Part shown: positions 23,521 to 34,700 of the stretch, piece by piece
Position numbering within the stretch: the first letter of the stretch is position 1
Layout of the letters: the number at the start of each line of letters is the position of its first letter
Assembly (NCBI GenBank): GCA_040954595.2
Contig: CM082596.2
Coordinates: forward strand, 8,693,124-8,757,123
Direction of reading: 5' to 3'
DNA: 64,000 nucleotides
From: Balanoglossus misakiensis
Lineage: Eukaryota > Animalia > Hemichordata
Notes under the pieces: generated by a model
Seen by the model: only the letters and a program-made list of their open reading frames with translations
What the model was told of the DNA's origin: nothing
Database searches by the model: none
Position numbers and translations under genes: made by a program

Positions 23521-26500
23521 CAGGAGCCCTAGCCAGTTTCTCCTCCATTCCTTTCATTTGTCTAAAAAGGGTGGAGGCAGTGGTGGTTTTTTGTAATAGT
23601 TTAGAGTAGTTGAGTTTTCTTTCTTTTTCTCCTTTCTCACATCTTGTTTGGGTAGCTCTGCTTTGGTGGGGTGCTTTGTTAAATCAGTATTGTTCAGTTT
23701 TTCTTGTTGTTACTGGTTATTAAAGCACCTCCAGTTCATGCCAAACAAGATGTGATTTGATTTTGTGCATGCTTGAATTTGTATGTGAACAGTGTGTCCT
23801 TTACCTTTGACCTAGTAGAGGCAATTGTGTAAAATTTGATAGCAAGTCTCTTGCTGAAAATTTGGTTAATTGCTGTTATGATAGGGAGAGCCCTCTAGTG
23901 GCACCTCCCGCTGTTTGACTTTATCTCCCATGATGCCTTGCAGAACGCCATTTTGTTACCAGTCGCATTTTCTCCCACCCTGACGTCATTTCCCTCCCTA
24001 TTAGCTGACTTTTTATACTGTTCAGTTTCAGACTTTGCCATTTGATGATTTTCCTCATCATAGTATTTTGTACTTTGCCTTTCTGTCTTGCCTGTTTCTA
24101 CAGAAAGGTGGGGTGCTTTGTTAAATCAGTATTGTTCAGTTTTTCTTGTTGTTACTGGTTATTAAAGCACCTCCAGTTCATGCCAAACAAGATGTGATTT
24201 GATTTTGTGCATGCTTGAATTTGTATGTGAACAGTGTGTCCTTTACCTTTGGCCATGATTTCAAAACGTGAGGAAGTTTCTTCATCAGCCCTTGCAACCT
24301 TGGTTGATGCATCCCCAGATTCCAACTGCATCATGGTTGTCTGGTTCTCATCCATTTTGCATAACCGCGACAGTTGCAGAGCATTTAATGGCCGACTTGG
24401 CTTAGGCTGAGCTGTTACATGAGGAATATCTTCCCAACACTTAAAAACACACGGGACAGCCCCTGAATGAATCGTCCTCCTGCCACTGAATTGGTGAAAC
24501 TCAATATCATCTTCTCTGAAATGGAGGGAGCAAACAACTGTATGATTTCCAACCTGAAAAATAAAAAAAAATAAGCAATAGTAGAGGGATTATATTTTAG
24601 ATTTAGCATGTTTCCAAAGACTTGATTTGTGTTGGAAAGTTACACAGTGGCTGTGACCTATATTTATATATGTACAACAATTACATATAAATGAAATTTT
24701 CATCTAATTCTTTAGACAGGAATATTTGATTTTTCATTTTTCATAACAGCAAGATGGTGTTTAGGGCTTTAAACAAATCGCTTCCACATATGTTCATTTT
24801 AAGAAATTTAAATACCTTAAAGGACTTGTCTTCATCACGTCTTATTTTTGTCAGCCATATCTTTTTCATTTCTTCATTTTGTGGGAATTTATGATAAGTT
24901 ACAGTACCATGCCCAGGAACAGAAAACTTCCCATAGCTGGTACAGCGTGGCACAGCACAGTTTTTCTTTGTAGCATTCCTGGAGCTCACCTTAGAAAAAA
25001 GCTGAATAAAAAAATAATATGTGATGTAAAAATATATGAAAAAACATCATGGTGGTATCTACAAGTTATGCTGATCACAGCCCTGTCTGGCCCTTGTATA
25101 TTGCGGTTAAATAAACAAAAGATCGTGAAGGAAACAAAAACCAGAGGTGTGAAACAGTTGCTAATAGTATTTAGTGGTTCAGATGTTGTGTCATTGTAGC
25201 TATTGGGTCTTTTGTATTAGTTGTGAATGAAAACTCGATCACTGAGCTGCGTAGAGCAAGTACGTTGAGGACATGAATAAGTAATAGGATGTAAATATTT
25301 AAGTAATGAATATTAATGCCGCCGATGAATATTTATGAGTGACCGGCAGTCTGAAATTACTTGGCAGAACCAAATAAGGACTTTGAGAAGAAAACTGAAA
25401 TCGCACTCACCATTTTTGCAGCCATTTCCAGCTTCCCGCGACCGCGTTGAAAAAAGACCAGGCGCCACATAAGAAAAAAACCGTTGACAAAATGGCTTCT
25501 TCAAACTTTCCCCCGAATGACGTCATCGCCTGTAGAGGGCGCTACTTATGAAAGTGGTGTATACCTTTTCTATAGTTTCAATGTATGTGTTAAAGTTTGC
25601 AGGTTGAAGGACAGGTTCATCCACCTCCCCTGTTGTGCTCAGTTTCTTGTATATTTTCTTGTCAAGTTCTATACACTCAGACTCAAGCATCTTAAAGAAC
25701 ATAAGATATACGCCGAGACTGATGTGCAGCCCTGGCACTGCTACCTGTGAAATAGACAAACATCCAATAATGCAAGTAACTGTCATAAATGGATAAAAGT
25801 CACTTCTGTCTTTTCTTTCCATTAAACAAAGACTAGGAAGAATGAATGCTATAATATTGGAGAGAATACACATTGCACTGGAGAAGAAGTCAACAGACCC
25901 CCCTACATCATATATATAGTTGCATTTCATGTGGGTTGGTTAGACTGTGTGATATAATAAGGTTGATTATAGCACATTGCTTTAAAATTGGCAGTATGTA
26001 CTCACTCTTTCTATTGGGATACTTATGAGTGGAGTGCGGACACAGTTGTTGTACAGTTTTGCTTTCTTCAACACTCCACCACCATCTTTTTCATATTTAT
26101 TATGGTCAGAGATGATTGATTCCAAGGTCCTAGCCTGGACTTGAGGTCTGTCTTCAGGTACCATGGAACATATGTCCTTTGTTGTCAGGCACCACAAACA
26201 AAAGTGTTTTCCTTGGATAAAAAAATAGATGAATCTGATCATAACAACTAACTTACTCATGAAATAGTATGCACCTTAACAGAATAACAAACAGGTTCAC
26301 AACAACATCAAAGACAGTTAACCAGAATAATGATGACTGACTGTGTGCATGTACATGTGACAACATTTTTACAATGTACATCTTACAATTATCAAGCACT
26401 TACCATTTGGTCCACTCAGTCCATACAATTTGGTTAGATATTCATAATCACCCATTACATGCACCTTGATTCTGAAATCTCTGCATAAACAATAGACAAA

Positions 26501-29030
26501 AAAATGTAAGTCAGTATGTGCTTAATAAATGATTGAAACTCAATTTTAAAATGTGTATAGAATAGGTGCATGTAAAAGAGGGAATGAATGGGCCAAACAG
26601 TTGATGATTACAGAAGACAGGTATGAGACAGGTAGGTAAATTGGTGATGTATGAGTCACTAGCTTACAGGTAAAATGTGTAAACTATTTTAGTATTAACA
26701 TGTTAAGATGTGTTCTATGATATATTTATGGTATCTGCAATTTCAGGCTACATCACCAATGGATGAATATATGAGGGGGACTATCTAAACCTGTTATGTA
26801 TTGCCCATACAAGCAAGGGTCAGATCAAACTGTTTGATTAAATACAGTATGACTTGAAATTTGGATAAAGCATACCTCCATTTAGAACCATCAAGATGGT
26901 TTACTTCAGACATTAGATGTTCAGTTGCTGTTTGGAGGTTGTGGTAGGTATCAGTGCCGCGATACATGTTTAGGATTATTGTGCTCTTGATGGAATTTGG
27001 GTGTTCAACATTGCACACCTCCAAACACGTCTTCATTAGATCGCCTCCTTTATCACCACCTACTTTAATCCAAATCTCTTCTTCTGGTATTACTGCTCCA
27101 TGCCACGTCAATTTGTCAGACCTGAATTGAAAGAATTTTTAATCAGAGGTGAAGATATTAAATTGTATGCATCAACTGTTCAATCACTTTGAGAGATTGG
27201 ACATTTATTAAATATGCTTCCACAACATTGAGCTATTCTGAAATGTATGTATGTATGTATGTATGTATGTGTTTTATCATTGTTTTCAATTGATCTCTTA
27301 GTGAATTATATTACAAATACAATTACAATCAGCATTACCTATCTAGTTCCTGAAGGTATCTGAAACAAATACTCTCCAAGTTGGTGCTAATGCTTGGTGC
27401 CAGTCTACATTCAGTGCCAAGTTTTCCAGTCACTGGATTTTTCACATGGAACTGAAGGAGTAGGTTCTTGGCTGACACTTCAATTTCTCCAAGTAGACTC
27501 TTTGCTTCTTCCCTATCCCTATTCTCTCCAGGAAAATTTATTTTCCATTTTTTCAACCACCTATGAATACAACAAGTACATAATGCAATGGCAAATGTAA
27601 ACATGAAGAAAATACACATGAGAGTGATATCATCATGACAACTTTTGGTTATGTTGTACTCATGAATCAGTAAATCTGTAAAATAAATTTTGCCTTTTAT
27701 ATTTCATGGTTAATGTCAATGTACCTAAATTCAAAACATACCTCCGCAATTTTCTCAACTTGTTCCATGGGATTGAGAGGTCTGCTTTGACTGCGAGTCC
27801 TGCACCAGGAGGGATTTGTGGTGTGGTCTTGAGAACATTGTTTGCTCTCCTCCATTCAGTCTGTAGTTGTGTTTTGTTGGAGAGATCATCCTCCCCACTC
27901 AAAACCCTCCTTTGAGACTCGATGTGTTGAGCTCTGCTTCTTTTTGTTGTTGAAGATGCAGTACTACTCTTTGTCTTAGGGTGAGGTGTATATGTCATAT
28001 GGAATGGCTGGTTGTAGCAATGTAAATGTAGAAAGAAAAAAAAGTATTTACTAGTATGTAACAATTCATATTTATAATATGAAAGACACATGATGCAAAT
28101 GCAAACTGATTTCACAATGTAGATAACTGTAGTGTTAAAATCAATGTAGATTTATGAAATGATACTGCCAATTGATACGTGAAAACACACTTACCCCTCC
28201 TTTTGTTTTGAATCGTACAGGTGCTCCTTTCCTACTATCATCTGTTAGATCAAGCTTTCGCTTTACACACTTAGTTGTCAGGTCTTCAAATCCAGGGGTC
28301 TGTTCAATGTTTGGAGTGCCAAGCAATATTTGGACAGCCTTATGTACGTCATGATGAGATTGTTCTCTCCTTACAATTGGAGCAGTCTTGATCTGTGGTG
28401 GAGTTTCTACTGGTTCTACTGGTGATGGTTGTGGCAAGAGGGCATAATCATGCTCAACAAAGATTGGTACAGGCGTGGACTTAACCTGACAATTCTTAAC
28501 ATGATCTTTCAATTCACTAAGTTTAACAATAGCTGTACACCCTTTCCACGCATAGTCACAGGATAGCTTTAGGTCACTAATCAAATTCATCAAGTGCACA
28601 GGAATAGGCAATATACTTGTGGGTGTGATGTCTTTCCTGCATATTGGGCATGTTGGCGAGCTATTCACCCAGTGTTTTATGCATGGAGCACAATAGATAT
28701 GATGACCCTCACACATTAGCTGTATGGGTTCATCAAAAACCTCTTTGCATATTAGGCATTCTAAATTTGCTGTTATTGAATTAAATCTTTCCACACATAA
28801 AGGAATGTGTGTCTTTAATGATTTACAAGCTTTCATTGTAATTTCCTGTTCTAAACTTTCCACTAAATTTCTGTCTACACTGGTGCTTGCTTGTTTAGAA
28901 TTAAATATATCATTTTCAGAAGCACTGGAACAAGGTGTACACTGGGACCTTTGCTTACTACGTTTCCTCCCCTTCTTACTGTACCTGATACACACATGGC
29001 ATTCACCAGTTCTTGAGTGTTTGCACCATT

Positions 29031-29405
29031 CATCGTCGTAAAACCACGACCTGTTTACGGCAACTGCTACGCGCTACCGCCAACAGGCCGTGGTGGATTT
29101 GGAAGGTTTTCGCGGATCCCAGCGTCAGTTCCAGCAGCCAGACAAAGGAACCAATCAGAGAGCCCGTCTCATAAAACTGCATAACTTATTTAAATGACAG
29201 TGCAAAATGGCGGATTTAAAGCTGACAGCAGCCGAAGAGCTCGCGATAAAACGACTACTGATTGGCTAATTCCAATGTCGTTTCTCATGAATAATTCATT
29301 AGACTACGTCCTAAATTCCGGGGTTCCCTACTGTAATCTGCCAGAGCCCGTTTTTTGCGTAGCTCCGCGGAGCGGAAACACGGTCGGCTCTGGCTTGCGA
29401 GAATG
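29031..29405. mobile_element. 375-bp non-autonomous DNA element inserted in Chapaev exon 1 (possibly AcademH-like)
   Basis: Direct repeat GCACCATT at 29023-29030 and 29406-29413 (9 bp if the next C is counted). Imperfect inverted ends CATCGTCGTAAAACCA / CATTCTCGCAAGCCA. Removing it restores the frame IAEWC-KHSRTGECHVC. Family assignment is tentative. Confidence 0.8.
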
Positions 29406-30942
29406 GCACCATTCTGCAATTACTATTTTATGGCTGCAAGATTTTCCAGACAAAGTTGCTGATTTCAAACGTCCAAGTGTCTTTTTGCATTTGTGGCAGA
29501 AATTAGCTGGGTAAGTGGCACTGCTTTCCGGACAATCGATTCCAAAATAAATACGTAAATCCTCCTGAAAATCTGCACATTTATAAATGCGAGACGATCC
29601 TCCAGACGAGCGAATTTTATCTCCACAAATGCGACAACTACTATTGAGGACAAGTTGATGAAAATCAAACGTTTGAGCCATAATTAAAGATGAACTATTC
29701 GGAATTATCGGAAACGTAAACAAATGCCGGCTACCATCAGCTGTCGGCAGAATTGAAAAGGGCGCTCTTTTTACGTAATACGTAAACAATCGATCGTTAC
29801 CATGGAGCTACCGCGGCCGAGAAAGTCTGACTGCGGCCTGGTGCAAACACTGCTTGAACTTTCACACAATGAATCACACTTCACAGTAAAATTACGTTGC
29901 ATATCATAAAAAATCTTTTTAATGATAAAATGTGGCTTAAAATACATACCGTCGATCTAAAAAATAGTGTCACTTCCGGGTAATGGTCATGGTTTTGGCA
30001 AAGGGTTACGTTGACTTCGCGTGAAATATTTCATACAACATTGACGTCGAGCGACTGAACCTTTGACCCCTGAAACGTCCGAGAGTTTACGATGTTGAAA
30101 CGATTATCTTCGTGCTTGACTATGCTTCCATATTTGGAAAAATACGGCAAAATGCCGGACCTGTCCGAAGGAATCCGAAATGGACGCCATCATAGTCTCG
30201 TTCGATATTACAAGTTATCGCGTTAATATATGAGAACTACCGTGCGTTGGTTGTGTTTTCTCTACTCCAATCAGTATGTCGCCCGCACGCGATAATAACA
30301 GACGTGCTTCAAGGGAACACCCCCTTTCAATTTGTATACATCATCTTTCTCCAAAGGGAAAGCTTTGTTCATGCTGTCTTTTGTTTCAAGAGACAAGAAA
30401 CAGCAGGACTAGTAATATGTAACAAAAGAGATTATGCTTGCTTACCATCAAAGGATTCAGCACCCTCTTCAAATCGATGTGTTACTTTACTATGTGATGA
30501 TTCCAACAGTCTGCCAAGTTCATGTAACTTATTTGAATGTCTGTACTGTGTGCACACTTCAGAACATTCTGGAAAAGTAAGGCATGAGTATTAAGTTACA
30601 TAAGGTGACAGTCTATATTTTCTTTGTGCATGACCATTCCCAATAAACAACTATGAATAATGCAAACATTACATTAATCCAAAACCCCTGACTTGCTGCA
30701 CCAGGGTTTACGTTTAAAATTTAGAGTATACGGGGATTACCGCGGGTAGTTACCATATACATGTAGTTTATACATTGTTGTTGAGGTGGTTGATTTCTTT
30801 AAAAATTACACAATTTACAACACCCCTGCAAGTATGTGGACAGCAAAACTAGATTGTGTCACCAGTCACAGTGGATTAGAGGGTGAGCAGTGAAAAAAAA
30901 AACATGAACCATGATGGTTTGAGGTGGCGTCTGGAGGGAAAC

Positions 30943-31064
30943 TAGACTCTCTCACAGCCCCTCTCGTCGTCCATGCAGGCTTATGGACTGATTGCATGTG
31001 TGCCAACACCAACACCACGTCAGTGAAGAGCCTTGCAGCGAACCGTGGGCTGTGAGAGAGTCTA
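30943..31064. mobile_element. 122-bp TAG..CTA MITE with 9-bp TSD (AcademH-like); also at 39336-39457 and 48125-48246
   Basis: TIR TAGACTCTCTCACAGCCC, TSD GAGGGAAAC. Empty site in unit 1 (~3303-3311). Confidence 0.85.
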
Positions 31065-31764
31065 GAGGGAAACATGCTGGTCATCATTCAGAATCTTTAA
31101 ATTCTGACTGGCCAAACCCCACACATATCTGTTGCATATGTTTTTAAAACTCTAAAGCCATTTTTTCAAGCTGGTTAAAAAAAACAACTGAAGACTATAT
31201 GGGGATATTCCCTGTGGAAAAGCGCATATATGATATACTTGGATCTTTTCGATGCTTGGTGCACGTCTTGAGCAAAACCAGAGTCCCTATATCACAAGGT
31301 CATGAAACAAAGTTGGATGCTAGTCGATAGCCTAGGCTTTGTTTTAAAGTGTGAATCACCTACTCCCAAAAATCAAAGCTTGTTACTGCTTGCAGTCAAG
31401 TGACACCTACCATAGACAGTAGAGGGGGAAGAGGAAATACCATTTCAGATAATTTGCTTATGTAGATGTACATGGTGACTAAATCAGACAGGTTGCCGAA
31501 TTGAACTTGAAGAGACAGTCACTTTTTAGGATTTTTTAGGATTTCCAGACGACACCCCGTTCACCTTCAAACCTTGCAGAAGTATAATATGAACAGTCTT
31601 GTATTATTAAGCCAACTTCTAGCATTGTATCGATATTTTGCTTCATTATCAACAGTTTCAATGTATTTGTATGACATTATTGTTCAAAATTCGAAGAAAA
31701 CGCTTAGCACACAACATATTTTTCTTTGAATTTTCATCTCGCCCACCAGATTATAGCCCTGTTC

Positions 31765-31784
31765 GTGACGTCACACCGCGCGCG
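31765..31784. promoter_or_regulatory. CRE palindrome GTGACGTCAC in a CpG-rich patch, candidate promoter of the ZNF unit (also ~5366, ~41005, ~49423)
   Basis: TGACGTCA followed by CCGCGCGCGG, ~1.2 kb upstream of the 123-bp ZNF exon, present in all four units. Function is inferred only. Confidence 0.35.
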
Positions 31785-34700
31785 GACAAGAATACGTCTG
31801 AATGTTTGACAGACACGAATTATCAAACTCAAATGCAATGATGGACACATACCAGCTCTTGTCAAGTGGTTGCAAATTAGTGATGATCTTGGTGTGGCAT
31901 CCATTTGGTTTCCACTTTTCGACAACGCACTCTGGAGTGTGTTGACTTCCTCCATTTTACTCTTGAAATGTTTCGAGTACTGAAGTTAGTGTCGGTTTCG
32001 GATTCGGATTCAGTTTCGGATTCGGGTTCGAGAGACTGAATGTTACAGCATTTTCGCATTTTCGGGCGACCATCGCGGTTTGGCATCTGCAGTACAAGTA
32101 TGAAAATAACTCTGTATAAAATATGGATATATTTGATCAAACTCTCTCGACATGTTATGTATGATAATTTTGGCACCAAAACACTGTTTTTTTACATCGG
32201 AAATTGTTAAATACAAATTTTATCATCGAAAAACATACTTCGATGATAAAAAGATAATATTTTGTAATTTTCGGCTTGAATAAATATTGTTTGGGTGAAA
32301 AAAATGTCATACATAACAAGTATCAGCGGTGGGATTGGGGCAGGGAACCACTAAGACTAGTATCATTCAACTCGACGATACTGAAATAAGCCTCGGATTC
32401 GGTTCCAGTTTCGGATTCGGAATCGGTTTCGAGAGACTGAAAATTTCGAGGGCATCTGCGTACGAGTATGAAAATTACTTTGCTAAAACACCAATAAATT
32501 TGATTTGTGTGTGAGTCAATCTAAAACACACTGGGTATGGTGACCAGGCTACACCTTGGCATATACACCGAGAACAGCCAAGACAGAGAAAAGAACAGCA
32601 AAAAAGATCACCAAAGCTAAAAACAGCGCCTAAACTCTATGTCTGATTTTAATCTGATTGCCGTCGACCCTGAGTGAACGCCAGCAGTGCCATGATACGC
32701 TGACAATATCATGAATTCAATCACACATTTTGTTGTACAGTTTTTTTCAGTTAGAGAAGGATGGGTAACATTGTCAATATAATCTTACAGACCATTCCCT
32801 TTACCTCTAGTATACCTAATTATGGAAATCGAGAAAAGAAACTATTCAAATTCCTTAGCACCTTCAAAGTTCCATGAGGCGACTAAAATCGGTCAACTGT
32901 TTAGATTTACATAAACACTTTATCATTTACATGTTCTGTAATTTGATGTTATATGCTTTGGATTATGAAATTGATATTCAAGAGGAATACTTTGAATCAA
33001 TGCCAGGGTTTTGGCCAAGTGGTTGGGTGCCATTTTCCTTGTAGTGTGATTATGTTTAAAGTCCACAGCAATGCAAAAACATAGGGCCAGGGGCACCAAA
33101 GTCCTATATTGATGGTGCTGCAAAGAAATATAGTCTTCTACCGAATAATCTACAAGTTTATTTCTATGGCTAAAGACCATCTTCCATGAAATACATGAAG
33201 AGAGACCTGAATGGTCGACATTAGCAATCCTGAGGCTGTTGTATATGGATCAAACCACAGGTGCTCGTGGACTTGTGCTAGGGCGACTTCCGAAGGAATT
33301 CCGAAGGACTTCCTTCGGAAGTCGCCCTAGCACAAGTCCACGAGCACCTGTGGATCAAACTACTTTTTCAAAAACAAAATTATAATAACTTAAACATACA
33401 AAATGAAATCCCAACACAATAAAGTGTGGCAACACAATTTATTAAAGTTGAATAAACAGAAACAAGTCTTTCCAATTTTCAAGCGGGGGAATAAATAATC
33501 TTACACTAGCTGCATGCCAAGTTGGCGGTGACAAAAATGCGATTTCAACATGAAAACAAACTGAGAATCTTCAAACGAATAATACAGGTATTCTCAGTAA
33601 TATCGTATTGATAGAGTTCATATACCACAATATTTACACTGATCTGATGACAGTAAATATAAATAGCAGCTGCTGTACAAAAGTGGTCTTTTTCTTTGAT
33701 ATTTCAAAATGACTGACATGAAGTGCGCCCTCATATGATGGCTACGCATGACTGATAACATTCATTGGAAAATACTTCAGAAACTACATTTGCATTGATA
33801 TGTCACACTCTGCAGAAAGATAACAAAATCAATGCTAACTTCTAGCAAATACAAACTGTACCATAAATTAATCTGTCCAATAGGGAAAAAATTGACGTTT
33901 TCACAGCCACTAGATTTGCATGTCAAAAAGTTACAGGCTCTCTCCCTCACAAAAACTGGTCAATCCCTTCTCTTACAACCCCCCCCCCTCCCCACCCTGT
34001 ATTCTCAACAATTCAACAATCCCCTGACGCCCACTCTAACCCTGGTCAGATAAACTTCACACCTCTCATGGCAATAATATATTGTGCGTATCATTTTCTT
34101 GGTCAAAAGGAAAATATGAAACCCTACCCTCCCATCCCATCCAAACCAAACCCCGCGCAACCAATCCATAAATATGTGTCTCTATGTATTTGTTTCAAAT
34201 GTGCTCTCAACACAAAAATACAAAAGCAAACAAGACGATAGTCACAGAGAAAAATAGTGTCAAGGACACTGTGGTCCCATTTGAGGATTATGCGGAAACA
34301 GTGACACACCAGAATAAAAATTACAGATGACATTGCAAGCAGATATGATCTTACCATATAGAAATATGGAATGTAAAAAAATTAACAAGGAACATGCCCA
34401 ATAAACTGTCATGTGTCATGGCAGTCTTACAAGTGGTGCTAGAAAAAATATGACCAAAAATTGTCTGTACACACACATACGAGGAGCAACTTCTTTCAGT
34501 CAGCCCTGGAACAGACAGACAGATACTGACCTGCCACTGCACTGGTAATTAAAATTTTATAGCTGGTGGTCTCTGTAACAGCTGGCCTATTAAAGTTATG
34601 TAAACATATCTTAGTTCGGGGTAACAACTCCTTGTAAACAGTAACTTTAAAAACAACTGGACAATTGGTTTAGGAGAGGATTTGCTAACCAAAAACAAAG

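Larger units (their letters stand above)
21351..24251 (+). mobile_element. Ngaro/PAT-type (DIRS order) tyrosine-recombinase retrotransposon, internally deleted
   Basis: Split direct repeats: A1 21351-21497, B1 23665-23809, A2 23827-23973, B2 24107-24251. Contains a gag-like ORF and a degenerate YR C-terminus; no RT/RNase H motifs visible. Confidence 0.85.
20324..25425 (-). pseudogene. ISL2EU transposase (THAP + HTH_Tnp_4 + DDE_Tnp_4), disrupted by a YR retrotransposon
   Basis: Exons 25425-25411, 24989-24816, and 24553-24258 + 21350-20324. THAP signature CAVPRC..HKFP..W..VCSLHF..GAVP. DDE_Tnp_4 motifs IIDATE, YSNYK..TLK.LIGISP.G, GSISD, LADKGF, RIHVERAINKVKNF. Removing 21351-24257 restores FEIMAKEMEE in frame. 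Confidence 0.85.
17182..25560. mobile_element. ISL2EU (PIF/Harbinger-related) DNA transposon
   Basis: 480-bp apparently identical TIRs (17182-17661 / 25081-25560) and an AT TSD (17180-17181 / 25561-25562). Convergent THAP-DDE_Tnp_4 and YqaJ genes are the established ISL2EU organisation. Inserted 4 nt into Chapaev intron 7. Confidence 0.88.
15161..29681 (-). pseudogene. Chapaev/RAG1-like transposase, 11 exons, exon 1 interrupted by a 375-bp insertion
   Basis: GT-AG exons in consistent phase: 29681-29406 + 29022-28195, 28007-27742, 27560-27339, 27121-26876, 26480-26404, 26211-26006, 25744-25565, 16879-16706, 16363-16211, 15851-15668, 15438-15161. Motifs: H-x7-CRICG...CHKC...W..H...CHVC (Chapa finger); C3HC4 RING CLICKEVFDEPIQLMCEGHHIYCAPC..CPIC followed by CDYAWKGC..HVKNC; IKVGGDKGG (D1); VMGDYEYLTKLYGLSGPNGKHFCLWC (D2, spacing D-x69-D); PGLHISLG; TPKLHMLEEH..GFLGENGVEAIH (catalytic E region). 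Confidence 0.85.
14189..30306 (-). mobile_element. Chapaev-type (RAG1-N-terminus-like) DNA transposon, complete ends, carrying nested insertions
   Basis: Absent from the paralogous empty sites (GATTGACTTC|AAGGG at ~2700, ~38713, ~46535). Ends are CACGTCTGTT (14189-14198) and AACAGACGTG (30297-30306), with a 4-bp TSD CTTC (14185-14188 / 30307-30310). CAC..GTG ends plus a 4-bp TSD plus a Chapa domain match the established Chapaev definition. Confidence 0.9.

Noticed and set aside
14189-30306. Bona fide ProtoRAG (RAG1L-RAG2L) transposon
   Set aside because: The TSD is 4 bp rather than 5, no RAG2-like kelch/PHD ORF is visible, and the core motifs (GGDKGG, GDYEYL) and D-D spacing fit Chapaev better.
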